DNA from: an uncultured Methylomirabilota bacterium
GTDB taxonomy: Bacteria > Methylomirabilota > Methylomirabilia > Methylomirabilales > 2-02-FULL-66-22
Assembly: GCA_963705305.1 (NCBI GenBank)
Contig: OY970067.1
Location: 2,752,001-2,816,000 of the forward strand
Direction of reading: 5' to 3'
Length of the DNA stretch: 64,000 bases
Positions 38,589-48,870 of the stretch are shown here, piece by piece (position 1 is the first letter of the stretch; each line of letters opens with the position of its first letter). The notes under the pieces are model-generated. The model was given only the letters and a program-made list of their open reading frames with translations. It searched no databases and had not been told where the DNA came from. The translations under genes were made by a program, and so were the position numbers.

Positions 38589-40820
38589 TCATGAAAACCA
38601 GCCCGTGATTTTGCCGAGCAGCGAGCGCCGGCCGCGTGGGGCCTCCCGGAACCCTTCGCGCCGTCCTGGCTCTTGGCCGTAGGCGTACCGGTAGTACTCC
38701 ATCTCCTCGTAGTCCGGGCTGAGGTCGGCCTTGAGGCCGGTCAGCACCACGCCCAGGACCCGGCCGCGGACGTTCTCGAGAAGGGTCTTGGCCCGCTTCA
38801 GCGCAGAACGGGCAATCTTGCCCACCCGGTAGACGATGAGGGTGCCGTCGAGCTTGGCGGAGAGAATGGCCGCATCTGTGACAGGGAGGATGGGCGGGCA
38901 ATCGAAGATGATGAAGTCGAACTCCTGCCGGAAGCTGGCGATCAGCTCCGTCATCCGCTGGGAGTTCAGGAACTCGGTCGGATTCGGCGGCGGCGTGCCG
39001 CTGGTCACCAGGAAGAGTTTGTCGATGTTGGGCGCAGCCATCACGTTCTCCACGCCGAGGGGCCCCAACATCAAGTCGGTGGCGGATCGGAGGCATTCCC
39101 GCCATTCCTTGGTCCCCAGGATGATCTCGGTCAGCCCGGGGTCGCGGGGGATGCCGAAGGCGTGATGCAGGAAGGGCTTCCGCAGGTCGGCCTCCACCAG
39201 CAGGGTCTTCTGGCCCATCTGCGCGATGGTGACGGCCAGGTTGATGGCCGTGGTGGTCTTGCCCTCCATCAGGGAGGCGCTGGTCAGGCACAGCGTCTTC
39301 ACGTTCTTTTCAAGGGACAGGAACTGGACATTGGTCCGCAGCGCGCGATAGGCCTCCGCGAGGGTGGTGCGTGGGCCCAGGAGGCAAATCAGGAACGGCC
39401 GCATCCGCGCCAGCGGGCTGTCCGCCGCCTCTCCCTCCTGGGGGGCGAGGAACGCGTCGGAAGCGGGGTCGATGTTCGGGATCAGGGCCAGGACGGGAAC
39501 CTCGAGGTAGCTTTCGACATCCTCGATGGTTCCGATGGATGTATCCAGGGACTCCAGCACGAAGGCCAGAACCAGGCCGACCGTCAGACCGATGAGCAGC
39601 CCCGCAACCCCCTTGCCGGTCGTATCCGACGGGTTGAGGGGGCCGCGAGAGGGGGTCGCCGGACGGACGATGCTGACCTCGTTGACCTGCTCCTTTTCCC
39701 GGATCTGGACTTCCTGCCGTTTGGTCCGGAGCTGGGTGAGTAGGTTCTCGCTCAGCGTGGCCTCGCGCTGCAGCTGGTCGTACTGCTGGGCCAGATCCGG
39801 GAGGGTCCGCTCCACCTGGCGAGCCTGCTGGAGCTGCTGTTCCAGGGCGGCGGCCCGCTCCTTAAACGCCTGGGTCTTGAGGCGCAGCTCGCGGATGAGG
39901 TTCTCGCGGGTGGCGGCGATGCGCTCGGTAAGATCTTTCACCTGGGGATGCTGGGGGGTGAGGGTGATGAGGAGATTGTCGCGCTCCAGGCTCAGGTCGA
40001 GAAGGGTCGTGTTCAGCTTCGAGATCGTCTGGTCGTTGGCATCCGTGAAGATGCGCGGGGGGATGGACCCGGCCGTGACCCGCGGGTCCTGCAGGGCCTG
40101 GATCTGGCTGGCGGTCTCCTGCTGAGTGCGGCGAACCTTCTCCAGCTCGCTGTTCAGCTCTTTCAGTTGGCTCACCGTGGCGCTGGTCTGGTCCGCCAGG
40201 GAAACGAATCCGTACCGCAGCTTCAGGCCCCGGATCTTGTCCTCGGTTTCACGGAGCCTTCCGCCGATCTCCGCCAGTTGCGCATCGATGAACTGGCGGG
40301 CCTCGGTGATCTGGCTGCCGCGGGTCACGCTGTTCTCCTGCTGGTACGCCTCGGCCACCGCGTTGGCGATCCGGGCCGCCTGCATCGGGTCGCCGGTTTT
40401 CACGGTGACGTCGATGAGGGTCGTGTTCTCCTCGGGGACGGCCTCGACCTGGAGGCGGAGATCGGAGATGAGCTGGAGGTCGTGCGGGCTGCGCTTGATG
40501 GCATCGGAGCCCAGATCGGGAGGAATCAGGTGGAGGGACTTGGCGGCCCGCTCCAGCACGGGGAAGCTGCGGACGACGGCGGCCTGGGTCTGGATGGTAT
40601 CGCTGGGGGTGTAGGACATTGCCTCAACCAGCAGGCCGGCGAACGTCATGGAGCGCTCGTACTTCACGACCGCCGTGGTCTGATACACCGGTTGAGGGCG
40701 CTGCGCCTCGGCGAAAGCAAGGGCCATGGCGCCGAAGGCCAGCGCCACCAGGGCCACGGTCCACTTCCGCTTGCGCAAAATGCGCCAGTAGTCCCGGATG
40801 TTGAGGTCGTATTCCCGCAT
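38589..40820 (-). CDS. wzc: Wzc-like polysaccharide co-polymerase / BY-kinase (canonical architecture)
   Basis: Two TMs around a periplasmic coiled coil; AEAYRALRTN, EGKTT, EADLRKP, DCPP; Tyr cluster YEEMEYYRYAY. Confidence 0.9.
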   Translation of the reverse strand: MREYDLNIRDYWRILRKRKWTVALVALAFGAMALAFAEAQRPQPVYQTTAVVKYERSMTFAGLLVEAMSYTPSDTIQTQAAVVRSFPVLERAAKSLHLIPPDLGSDAIKRSPHDLQLISDLRLQVEAVPEENTTLIDVTVKTGDPMQAARIANAVAEAYQQENSVTRGSQITEARQFIDAQLAEIGGRLRETEDKIRGLKLRYGFVSLADQTSATVSQLKELNSELEKVRRTQQETASQIQALQDPRVTAGSIPPRIFTDANDQTISKLNTTLLDLSLERDNLLITLTPQHPQVKDLTERIAATRENLIRELRLKTQAFKERAAALEQQLQQARQVERTLPDLAQQYDQLQREATLSENLLTQLRTKRQEVQIREKEQVNEVSIVRPATPSRGPLNPSDTTGKGVAGLLIGLTVGLVLAFVLESLDTSIGTIEDVESYLEVPVLALIPNIDPASDAFLAPQEGEAADSPLARMRPFLICLLGPRTTLAEAYRALRTNVQFLSLEKNVKTLCLTSASLMEGKTTTAINLAVTIAQMGQKTLLVEADLRKPFLHHAFGIPRDPGLTEIILGTKEWRECLRSATDLMLGPLGVENVMAAPNIDKLFLVTSGTPPPNPTEFLNSQRMTELIASFRQEFDFIIFDCPPILPVTDAAILSAKLDGTLIVYRVGKIARSALKRAKTLLENVRGRVLGVVLTGLKADLSPDYEEMEYYRYAYGQEPGRREGFREAPRGRRSLLGKITGWFS

Positions 40821-40841
40821 GGGCGACTTGCGACGCTGCCC

Positions 40842-41885
40842 CTACTGCTGGAGGGCCTTGATGGTTATGATCGGCGACAGCGGCATCGTCAAGAAATCCA
40901 GCGTCGGCCGCAGCTGGGCCAGGAACGCATTCCAGTTTGCGATCTTGGTCCCCGGGATATACACAATATCGTTCGGCTGCAGGTACTGATCGACCCGCCG
41001 ATCACCCTCCAGGACAAGCTTGGCCAGATTGATGCCGATGATCTCCGAGCGGGTGGTGTCCGGCCGGATGATGCGCGCCTCCTCATACAGCGCCCCATCC
41101 AGCCAGCCGCCCGCCTGCGCGATCAACTGGCTGAGTGTCATCTGGGGGAGCAGGGGAACCGGCCCGGGATTCTTGACCTGGCCGAGCAGGAACACGCGCC
41201 CCTCTTCGCCCTGTTTGCGTTCCGGGATGAAGACCGTGTCCCCGGCGTCGAGCACGACATCCTGGGAGAGATCCCCGTTCTCGAGGTAGCGGAACAGGTT
41301 CACCGTGTAGATATTCCTCCCGCGGGTGATCTTGACCTGCTCGATCTGCGCATTGGCGGCGAATCCCCCCGCCTTCGCGATGGCTTGCGGTAGAGTGGTG
41401 CGCCCTGTGAGCGAAAGCACGCTGCTACGCGAGACGCCCCCCAGGGCGCCCAAGACGGTGACCTTCTTGCTGTTGTACTCCTTGACCAAGACCTCGACGA
41501 CGGGGTGCCGGAAGTAGGTGGACAGAGCCTCCCGCAAGGCGGTGGCCGCCTGATCGGCGGTGAGTCCCCGGACATCAACCTCCACCATGAGGACCACGAT
41601 CCGTCCGTTGACCCGGACGGGCGCCTCGAATTTTTCCTGTGTCGCGCCCCTCGTGAGGAAAATTTCCAGCACGTCCCCAGGCCCGATCCGGTACTGCGGG
41701 ACTCCGTCAATCGTGACGAAGATTTGATTCTCGGTCGTCGTCGGGGGCAGATTTTCGGCGGGCGGTGGAGTCTCCCGAACGGTACTCTGTGAGAACGTCG
41801 GCGGATTCTGGACGTTCGGCACGGGAAGGGGTGGGGTGTTGCAGGCCGTGAGGAGTATGGCGACCAGGATCTCCAGGCCCCACAT
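40842..41885 (-). CDS. wza: Wza-like polysaccharide export lipoprotein (Poly_export + SLBB); start uncertain
   Basis: Lipobox LLTAC; YRIGPGDVL, VRGLT, GQVKNPG, LQPNDIVYIP. Confidence 0.85.
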   Translation of the reverse strand: MWGLEILVAILLTACNTPPLPVPNVQNPPTFSQSTVRETPPPAENLPPTTTENQIFVTIDGVPQYRIGPGDVLEIFLTRGATQEKFEAPVRVNGRIVVLMVEVDVRGLTADQAATALREALSTYFRHPVVEVLVKEYNSKKVTVLGALGGVSRSSVLSLTGRTTLPQAIAKAGGFAANAQIEQVKITRGRNIYTVNLFRYLENGDLSQDVVLDAGDTVFIPERKQGEEGRVFLLGQVKNPGPVPLLPQMTLSQLIAQAGGWLDGALYEEARIIRPDTTRSEIIGINLAKLVLEGDRRVDQYLQPNDIVYIPGTKIANWNAFLAQLRPTLDFLTMPLSPIITIKALQQ

Positions 41886-42194
41886 CACTCCGAGCGTCTT
41901 GGGTGGTTTCACTGCACACTGCCCTCCCTGTTCGGATGCCCTCGGTGCAGCGGCCGCACGTGTTCGCTTCTCCAAGCAAACATACTAGTAAACAGGTTTC
42001 ATATTTGTCAAGTGGTTACAGCAATCTCGATAAGAATTTACCTCATGGCTGTCACCAGAGGTTGCCGTCAAGCCTTGCCCGCTATGGGTTGCCAGGTTCC
42101 GCCTCGGACCGGCGACGCATGCGAGAATTCAAGGATGTGTCAGGAATCGACAAGTGCTTTCTGGACGGGAGACTGGGGCAGGGCCGGTGGCCGA

Positions 42195-45100
42195 CTACTG
42201 CCGGAAGAGCTGGGGCTCAAGTCCATTGGCGCGTAGTTCTTGCACGAGCGGCTCTGCATCTTCAGGGGTCGCAAAAGCCCGGATCAATAGCGCTCGGCTC
42301 GAACCCTCTTTGCCATTGCGCCGCACGTCGGGAAAATACCCCAATCCGCGTGCGATCGACGAAGCGCGGGTGAGTGTCTTGGGGGCGTCGAGGCCGGGAA
42401 TCGAGACGGCGAAGGGGAGGGTCAGGACCTGCGCCTCGGTGATCTTGCCTTCGGCCAGCAGCTGCCGCTTCGTCGCTTCGGCGGCCGCGGCGGAATCCAG
42501 ACTCCCCGTGAGAACGCGATACCACGTTCCCTTGCCAGTGAGCGCGACGGGAACCGTGTAGGCGTCGAGCCCCTGCTTCCTGAGCGATCGGACGAGCGCC
42601 AAGGAGCGTGCCCGGCTGGCGTACGAGCCCACCTGCAAGGAAAAGGCGTGCGCTGGCGCCGGAGATGTCCGCGGCTGCGGAGAAGTCTCCGAGCGGCCGG
42701 GGGCATGGACCGCGGCCTCCTGAGTAAAGGTGGCTGGCGCCACGGACGCGGCTGGGGGAACCGGTGGAATTACGCTGGAGACACCGGGGGCCGGCTGGTG
42801 CCGGGGGGACGGTGCGGCGACCGGGGGTGAATGGACCTGGAGGCCCAGGCCCGGCGGGTGGAACACTGCCGGCGAGAGACCCAGGAACCACCAGGCCCCC
42901 GCGCCAGCGGCCAGGACGGCCAGCAGGCTCACGAGCAGGACAACCGCCAGGGGAAGGGAGGCTCCGAAAAAGCGCTTCACACGCTGCCAAAGGGTCCGGC
43001 CCTCCCTCCGTGGGTCCGCCCACTCCGCGGTCTTTTGCCGGCCGGCTCTACGCTCGGGCTCGTCCCCATAGACGTAGCGGTAGTAGCGCATCTCCTCGTA
43101 GTCGGGACTGATCTCCGCCTTCAGCCCCGTCAGGACCACGCCCAACACCTTTCCGCGGACATTTTCCAGCTGGATCTTGGCGCGCTTCAAGGCGGCCCGG
43201 GCGATCTTCCCGACCCGGTACACGAGGAGCGTGCCGTCCAGCCGCGAGGACAGGATGGCCGCATCCGTGACCGGCAGGACCGGCGGAGAATCGAAGATGA
43301 TGAAATCGAACTCCTGGCGAAAAGCCGTGATCAGCTCGAACAGGCGCTCGGAGTTCAGGAATTCCGTCGGGTTGGGCGGAAGGGTGCCGCTCGTCAGGAT
43401 GAAGAGCTTGTCAATATTGGGGGTGGCCATGACGCGTTCCACGCCCAGCGGGCCCAGCATCAGATCGGGGGCCGACCGCAGGCACTCGTGCCAGTCCTTG
43501 TTTCCCAGGATCACCTCGGTCAGCCCGGGATCCTTGGGGATGCCGAAGGCGTGGTGCAGGAACGGCTTTCGCAGGTCCGCCTCGACCAGCAGGGTCTTCT
43601 TCCCCATCTGGGCCATGGTGATGGCCAGGTTGATCGCCGTCGTCGTCTTCCCCTCCATCAGCGAGGCGCTGGTCAGGCACAGGGTCCGAACCCGCTTCTC
43701 CAGCGTGAGGAACTCGATGTTGGTTCGCAGGGATCGGTAGGCCTCGGCCACGGTGGAGCGCGGGCTCAGCAGCGAGACGAGGAAGGGCCGCATCTTGGCC
43801 AGGGCGCTGTCCTCCCCCTCGTCGCCGGGGGGTGCCAGCAGCGAGTCCTTGGTCACATCGATGTTCGGGATGAGCCCCAGCACGGGGGCCTCCAGGTAAC
43901 CCTCGACATCCTCGATGGTGGCGATGGAGGTATCCATGGACTCCAGCACGAACGCCAGAACCACGGCGACGACGATACCGATGAGCAGCCCCACGATCCC
44001 CTTGCTGGCAACCTCCGGAGCATTGGTGGGCCTGGTGGGAACGCTAGCCGGCCGCACCAGGCCGACATCGTTCACCAGTTCCCGCTCCTGGATCTGCACA
44101 TCCTGGAGCTTCGTCCGGAGCTGGGTGAGGAGGGTTTCGCTGAGGGTCTTCTCGCGCAGGAGCTCGTCGTTCTGCTGGATCAGGTCCGGCAGCGTCCGCT
44201 GCAGCTGGCGGAGACCCTGGATCTGGCCCTGCAGGGCTGCCATCCGGCTCAGGAGAGCCTGGCTCTTGGTGCGCAGCTCGCGGAGAAGATTATCCCGGGT
44301 GCCGGCGATCCGCTGGGCGAGCTCGCGCACCTGCGGATGCTGCGGGGTGAGGGTGATCAGCAGATTCTCCCGCTCCAGCGTGAGATCGAGGAGGGTGGTG
44401 TTCAGCTTGGCGATGGTCGGATCGCTGGCATCTGTAAAGATGCGTGGGGACGCCTTTCCCTCCACGACCTGAGGGTCCTGGAGCGCCCGGAGCTGGGCCG
44501 CCGTCTCCTCGCGAGCCCGCTGCGTCTTCTCGAGATCGGTCTCCAGCGCGGTCAGGCGGCTCAGCGATGCGTTGGACTCCTCCGTCAACGAGACGAATCC
44601 GTGCCGCTCTCGGAGCGACCGGATCTGGTCCTCGGTCTGCCGCAGCTGGTCGCCGACCTCGGCCATCTTGGCTTCGATGAAGCGGCGTGCCTCGGTGACC
44701 TGGCGTCCTTGGGCGATGCCGTTCTCCTCCTGGTAGGCACGAGCCACCGCGTTGGCGATCCGCGCGGCCTGGTCCGGGTCGCGGGAGGTGACGACGATGT
44801 CAATGAGGTTCGTATTCTCCTCGGGCGTCGTCGCGGTCTGCAGCCGCAGATCGGACAGAAGCTCGACATATCGCGGGTTTCGCCGAATGGTCTCCGAGTC
44901 CAGACCCGCGGGGATCGTCCCCAGGCTCTTGGCGGCCAGCTCCAGCACCGGAAAGCTGCGGACCGTCGCGGCTTGTACCGCCATGGCGTCACCGGACTGA
45001 AAGGTAAACGCATCCACGAGGAGGCCGGTGAGCGTGGTGGTCCGGTCATACTTCACGACCGCCATGGCCTGATACGTGGGAGTGGGCCGCTGCACCTCGG

Positions 45101-45206
45101 CGAAGGCGAGGGCGAAGACGCCGAACGCCACGGTCACGCAGGCGGCGAGCCATCGCCGCTTGCGCAGGATTCGCCAATAATCGCGGAGGTTGAGATCATA
45201 TTCCAT
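42195..45206 (-). CDS. Second Wzc paralog with extra C-terminal TM, Pro-rich linker and SPOR-like domain
   Basis: Near-colinear with 38589-40820 through the Tyr cluster, then LAVVLLVSLLAVLAAGAGAWWF (TM) and FSLQVGSY...WYRVLTG (SPOR-like). Confidence 0.85.
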   Translation of the reverse strand: MEYDLNLRDYWRILRKRRWLAACVTVAFGVFALAFAEVQRPTPTYQAMAVVKYDRTTTLTGLLVDAFTFQSGDAMAVQAATVRSFPVLELAAKSLGTIPAGLDSETIRRNPRYVELLSDLRLQTATTPEENTNLIDIVVTSRDPDQAARIANAVARAYQEENGIAQGRQVTEARRFIEAKMAEVGDQLRQTEDQIRSLRERHGFVSLTEESNASLSRLTALETDLEKTQRAREETAAQLRALQDPQVVEGKASPRIFTDASDPTIAKLNTTLLDLTLERENLLITLTPQHPQVRELAQRIAGTRDNLLRELRTKSQALLSRMAALQGQIQGLRQLQRTLPDLIQQNDELLREKTLSETLLTQLRTKLQDVQIQERELVNDVGLVRPASVPTRPTNAPEVASKGIVGLLIGIVVAVVLAFVLESMDTSIATIEDVEGYLEAPVLGLIPNIDVTKDSLLAPPGDEGEDSALAKMRPFLVSLLSPRSTVAEAYRSLRTNIEFLTLEKRVRTLCLTSASLMEGKTTTAINLAITMAQMGKKTLLVEADLRKPFLHHAFGIPKDPGLTEVILGNKDWHECLRSAPDLMLGPLGVERVMATPNIDKLFILTSGTLPPNPTEFLNSERLFELITAFRQEFDFIIFDSPPVLPVTDAAILSSRLDGTLLVYRVGKIARAALKRAKIQLENVRGKVLGVVLTGLKAEISPDYEEMRYYRYVYGDEPERRAGRQKTAEWADPRREGRTLWQRVKRFFGASLPLAVVLLVSLLAVLAAGAGAWWFLGLSPAVFHPPGLGLQVHSPPVAAPSPRHQPAPGVSSVIPPVPPAASVAPATFTQEAAVHAPGRSETSPQPRTSPAPAHAFSLQVGSYASRARSLALVRSLRKQGLDAYTVPVALTGKGTWYRVLTGSLDSAAAAEATKRQLLAEGKITEAQVLTLPFAVSIPGLDAPKTLTRASSIARGLGYFPDVRRNGKEGSSRALLIRAFATPEDAEPLVQELRANGLEPQLFRQ

Positions 45207-45956
45207 CAGGCTGCTCCCGGAAAGGTGTGGCCTCTCGGTGCGCCGGGCGACAGCGGCGGGTTCCGGCGGCCGGCGGAGGATCTTCCCGGCCGACCTGTGC
45301 TGTTCGAAGTGTCTTCGGGCGCCTGTCGCCGCACCTCACCGGAAAGAATGGAAAACCAGCCCAAAAAAAGAGGCGGCAGGGGTAAGGCCATCCGAGCCGC
45401 TGCCGCTGGCGGCACGAAAACAGTTCTGGCCGTGAGATGGACGGGTCGCGAAGGCGGACGGACCAGGAGACGGGTAATGGACCGAACCCCCGCCCCGGCG
45501 CTCGTTTGGAGGCACGGACGGTGAAGGGAAGAATTGAGAGGAAGCGCTTCCCGCAGCCGCTCTGGGAGAACCCCTGGGGAGCGGAGGTCGATGCTCGCCT
45601 GGCTCCCCCCTCCGCGGGATCGAGGGGCCGGATGCCGCTCGTTCACCGACGTGTTTCCTCCAGTCGCGCGCTAAGTGGGCATAACTATGGTGTACATCTA
45701 TGGAAAGGTCAAGTAGAGAATTAGCGTTCCTCCCCAATTTCTCATGTGTGGCCCGCGATGCGGTTTTTGCCCCCCCTCGATCTTCCTTTTTCCTGAGATC
45801 CTCCCCGATTGCGGGGTGAAAAGCGGGAGGGCCAAGGCGACCCGGCCGAAGGCTATGGATTCTCGTAAGATCGTCCATCGGCGAGGCCGCACGGGGAGAA
45901 GAGGTGGAGCCCGGTAGAAGGGGAAGAGGCGGCGCGTTCGTTCTCGGACGGTCGGG

Positions 45957-46934
45957 CTAGGGTTTCTCGAAAAACGCGTCGGTAATATACACGAGGGTAT
46001 TCGTGGACAGGTCGAGGCGGCGCGGACTCGGCAGTGGCTCGTTCTTCGGGCCGAAGATGACTTCCACCAAGGGGCGCAGGGGAAAAGCAAGGTTCGTGCC
46101 CACCACCCGGGCCACCTCGTTCGAGCTGATCCGCACCAGGCTCCCCACCGGAAAGGCCGAGACGCCGCGGATAAATCCCTTGAGGACCCGGTCCGAGAAC
46201 CGGTGGCGCTCCGCTCCGAGCAGCTCTTTGATCACGTCAAAGACCCCCCGCACTTTCTTGAGCCGGCGGGAGTGGGTGAGGGCCTCGTATACGTCGGCCA
46301 AGCCGATGATCTTGGCGTACTCGTGAATCTCATCCCCCTTCAGGCCCTTGGGATACCCGCTGCCATCCTCGCGCTCTTGCTCTTGGAGGGCGACGTTCGC
46401 CAGCCACTCGAATTCCGGGCCCAGTCCCTGGAGGATCTTGAATCCCTGTTCCGGGTGGTGGCGCAGCTGGGCGATCTCCTCCGCCGTCAGCGGCTCGACC
46501 TTCTCCAGCAGCCGCGCCGGGATCGTGACCATGCCGAGGTCGTGCAGACAGGCGGCGAGCGCCAGCCAGGGCAGCTCCTCCTCGCGCAGGCCGAGCCCTT
46601 GCCCGATCTTGATGGCAAAGACGGCCACGTTCACCGCATGCCGTGGCAGATCCCGGTCGGTGTTCTCGCCCGCCAAGGCCTGGACAAACAGTTCGTCGCC
46701 GGTGGCCAAGGCTTTGAGCATCTCTGCCAGCACACGCTGGAGGGCGTCCACCCGAAATGGCTCCCCCCGTCCGGCCGCCTGGAAGATCCGGGAGACCTCC
46801 TGCTCGGCCGCGGGGTAATACAGGGCCTCGGACCTCTCGGAGTCCTGGGGGGGGCCGGCCGGGGGATCCGCCGAGGGATGAAAAAGCGCTCCGGAGGACG
46901 AGGTCGGCGAAGGAACGGAGGAGGGGGTCTCCAC
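45957..46934 (-). CDS. HD-GYP domain protein (degenerate)
   Basis: HAVNV, LHDLG, HP, DGSGYP, ADVYEAL; the HHE motif is replaced by EQE. Confidence 0.85.
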   Translation of the reverse strand: METPSSVPSPTSSSGALFHPSADPPAGPPQDSERSEALYYPAAEQEVSRIFQAAGRGEPFRVDALQRVLAEMLKALATGDELFVQALAGENTDRDLPRHAVNVAVFAIKIGQGLGLREEELPWLALAACLHDLGMVTIPARLLEKVEPLTAEEIAQLRHHPEQGFKILQGLGPEFEWLANVALQEQEREDGSGYPKGLKGDEIHEYAKIIGLADVYEALTHSRRLKKVRGVFDVIKELLGAERHRFSDRVLKGFIRGVSAFPVGSLVRISSNEVARVVGTNLAFPLRPLVEVIFGPKNEPLPSPRRLDLSTNTLVYITDAFFEKP

Positions 46935-47065
46935 CCGCTCCTCTTTCTTCCTGTCGGAGCCGCCCCCCGATTTTCGGACCAGATCGCTCTGACGGACGAT
47001 GGCGGGACCTCCTTATGTGGCTCGAACCTTCGGCGCCGCTTGGGTCGGCCGGCCGCATGAGTCGC

Positions 47066-47863
47066 TCAGGTCATGCTTCCAATGACCCGCTTCACGATGG
47101 CGGCATCGATGCTCTGGGCGCCCTGAGTATATCCGTCCAGCAAACAGAGATCGCACAGGGTGTTGATGCTGCGAGGCACCCCTCGACTCTGCTGCCAGAG
47201 CAGCTGAAGCGCGGAGTCCGCGAACAGGGATCGCGTGCATCCCGCCTTCCGGAGGCGGAAAGCGATGAAGTGGAGCATCTCGGCTTGGTCCAGCGGCTTG
47301 AGCTCGTGCCGGATGGCAATCCGCTGGTTGAATTGCCGGATCCGCCCGATTATGTCCTTGATCTCGGGCTGGGCCATGAGGATCATCGTCAACAAAAATC
47401 GGTCGTTCAGCTGGAAGTTCAGCAGCATTCGGAGCTCTTCGAAGACGTCCGGGTCCCGGATGCTGTGGGCTTCGTCCACGATGAGGACCGATTCCTTTCC
47501 CTCTTGCGCGTTCTGGAGCAATCGCTCGTTGAGCGCCCGCAGCATCGCCCCCTTCTCTCCAGAGGTGAGGGTGATGCCGAATTGGAGAACGATCTCCTCC
47601 AAGAAGTCGCGGCTCGGCAGGGACGGGTTGGTCACCAGCCCCACGTCGTACCGGTCCTCCTCCAGCTCAAGAATCAGCGCCCGACTCAGCGTCGTCTTGC
47701 CGCAGCCCACATCGCCGACAAGCAGCGCCGCCCCCTTGTTGTGCTTCACCGCGTAGAGCAGGCGGGCGATGCCCTCCCGATGCTGGTCGGAGAGGTACAG
47801 GAATTTCGGGTCAGGGACGTTCTGGAATGGGGCTGCGGTCAGGCCCCAGTATTCTTCGTACAT
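47066..47863 (-). CDS. ExeA/GspA-type AAA ATPase, ATPase domain only
   Basis: MYEEYWGL..PFQNVPDP.FLY, GDVGCGKT, IVDEAH, QRI, GVPRSINTLCD. Confidence 0.9.
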   Translation of the reverse strand: MYEEYWGLTAAPFQNVPDPKFLYLSDQHREGIARLLYAVKHNKGAALLVGDVGCGKTTLSRALILELEEDRYDVGLVTNPSLPSRDFLEEIVLQFGITLTSGEKGAMLRALNERLLQNAQEGKESVLIVDEAHSIRDPDVFEELRMLLNFQLNDRFLLTMILMAQPEIKDIIGRIRQFNQRIAIRHELKPLDQAEMLHFIAFRLRKAGCTRSLFADSALQLLWQQSRGVPRSINTLCDLCLLDGYTQGAQSIDAAIVKRVIGSMT

Positions 47864-48337
47864 CCGGTGGTCCTCGAACAGGGGAGGCCCTTCCGCCCTC
47901 GGCTCGTCATGCGCTCTGTCCGGGTGGCACAGCCCAGCGGACCATCTGCCCTCTCGAGTTGCGCCCCTGGCTCGCTTCCAGTCGGCGCGTCTGGCGTCTC
48001 TCTGCCTCCTGGGCTGCCCTGGCAGACGCCCGCTCCGACATGAATCTTCGGAAGAGCCAGAATTCCCGCGTTGACTCCAAATCTGGGGAAACTTACCACA
48101 AGTTGTACAGGAATCAAGCAAATTTCTTTACTTGCGAGCCTCCGACGATGCGCGCCACCATTTCGGTGGGCCGGGGCCGCACCGGAGTGTGGAGCCTCGC
48201 CGGACCGCGTCGGCTCGGGCCCAGACAGGGCGGCGGACAGGTCGGCCTCCGGTGGGGAGGAGACGTCTTCCGGACGGCTCGCCCATGCCGCTGCCGGCCT
48301 GCGCCGGAAAAAAATCGAACCGTGGACCATTTTTTTC

Positions 48338-48365
48338 TTGCAATCGTCGCAAAATACACTATAAG
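48338..48365 (+). promoter_or_regulatory. Putative sigma70 promoter of the polyamine operon
   Basis: TTGCAA-N16-TATAAG. Confidence 0.45.
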
Positions 48366-48423
48366 CAACTCAAAAATTTCCTCGGGCGCTGCGTGTGCGC
48401 CGAGAGCGAAAGGGGGTAGTTCA

Positions 48424-48870
48424 TTGCACGCCTTGGGCCGACACCTGCTGGTCGAGCTCCATGGTTGTCACCCAGAGTCGCTGAAGAAAGTGGACGTCGT
48501 CAAGGACATCCTGGTCGGTGCTGCACGCGCCTGCGGGGCCACGATCGTCGATGTCGCGTTTCACGAGTTCAACCCCTTCGGGGTGAGTGGCGTCGTGGTC
48601 ATCGCAGAGTCCCACCTCTCCATTCACACCTGGCCGGAGTATCGGTACGCCGCAGTGGACATCTTCACCTGCGGCGAGGTCATCAAGCCCGATCTCGCCG
48701 TAGACTACGTGGCATCCCGTTTCCGCTGCAAGAACCCCTCTGTCGTTGAAGTGAAGCGGGGTCTGATTCCCGGGATCGCGGGAAAGCTGGCCCACAAGAT
48801 TTCGACTGCCGAGGATAAAGACGGCCAGGGGTTGGCCAATGCCGCCCAAGAACTATCGCTGGTTCATTGA
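48424..48870 (+). CDS. speD: S-adenosylmethionine decarboxylase proenzyme
   Basis: TTG start; LGRHLLVEL, GVSGVVVIAESHLSIHTWPE, DIFTCG. Confidence 0.95.
   Translation: MHALGRHLLVELHGCHPESLKKVDVVKDILVGAARACGATIVDVAFHEFNPFGVSGVVVIAESHLSIHTWPEYRYAAVDIFTCGEVIKPDLAVDYVASRFRCKNPSVVEVKRGLIPGIAGKLAHKISTAEDKDGQGLANAAQELSLVH

Noticed and set aside
42831..45524. 897-aa plus-strand ORF and similar long antisense ORFs (e.g. 23094-24824, 36981-38594, 56608-58383, 607-2259)
   Set aside because: Shadow ORFs opposite well-supported genes in high-GC DNA, with no motifs.
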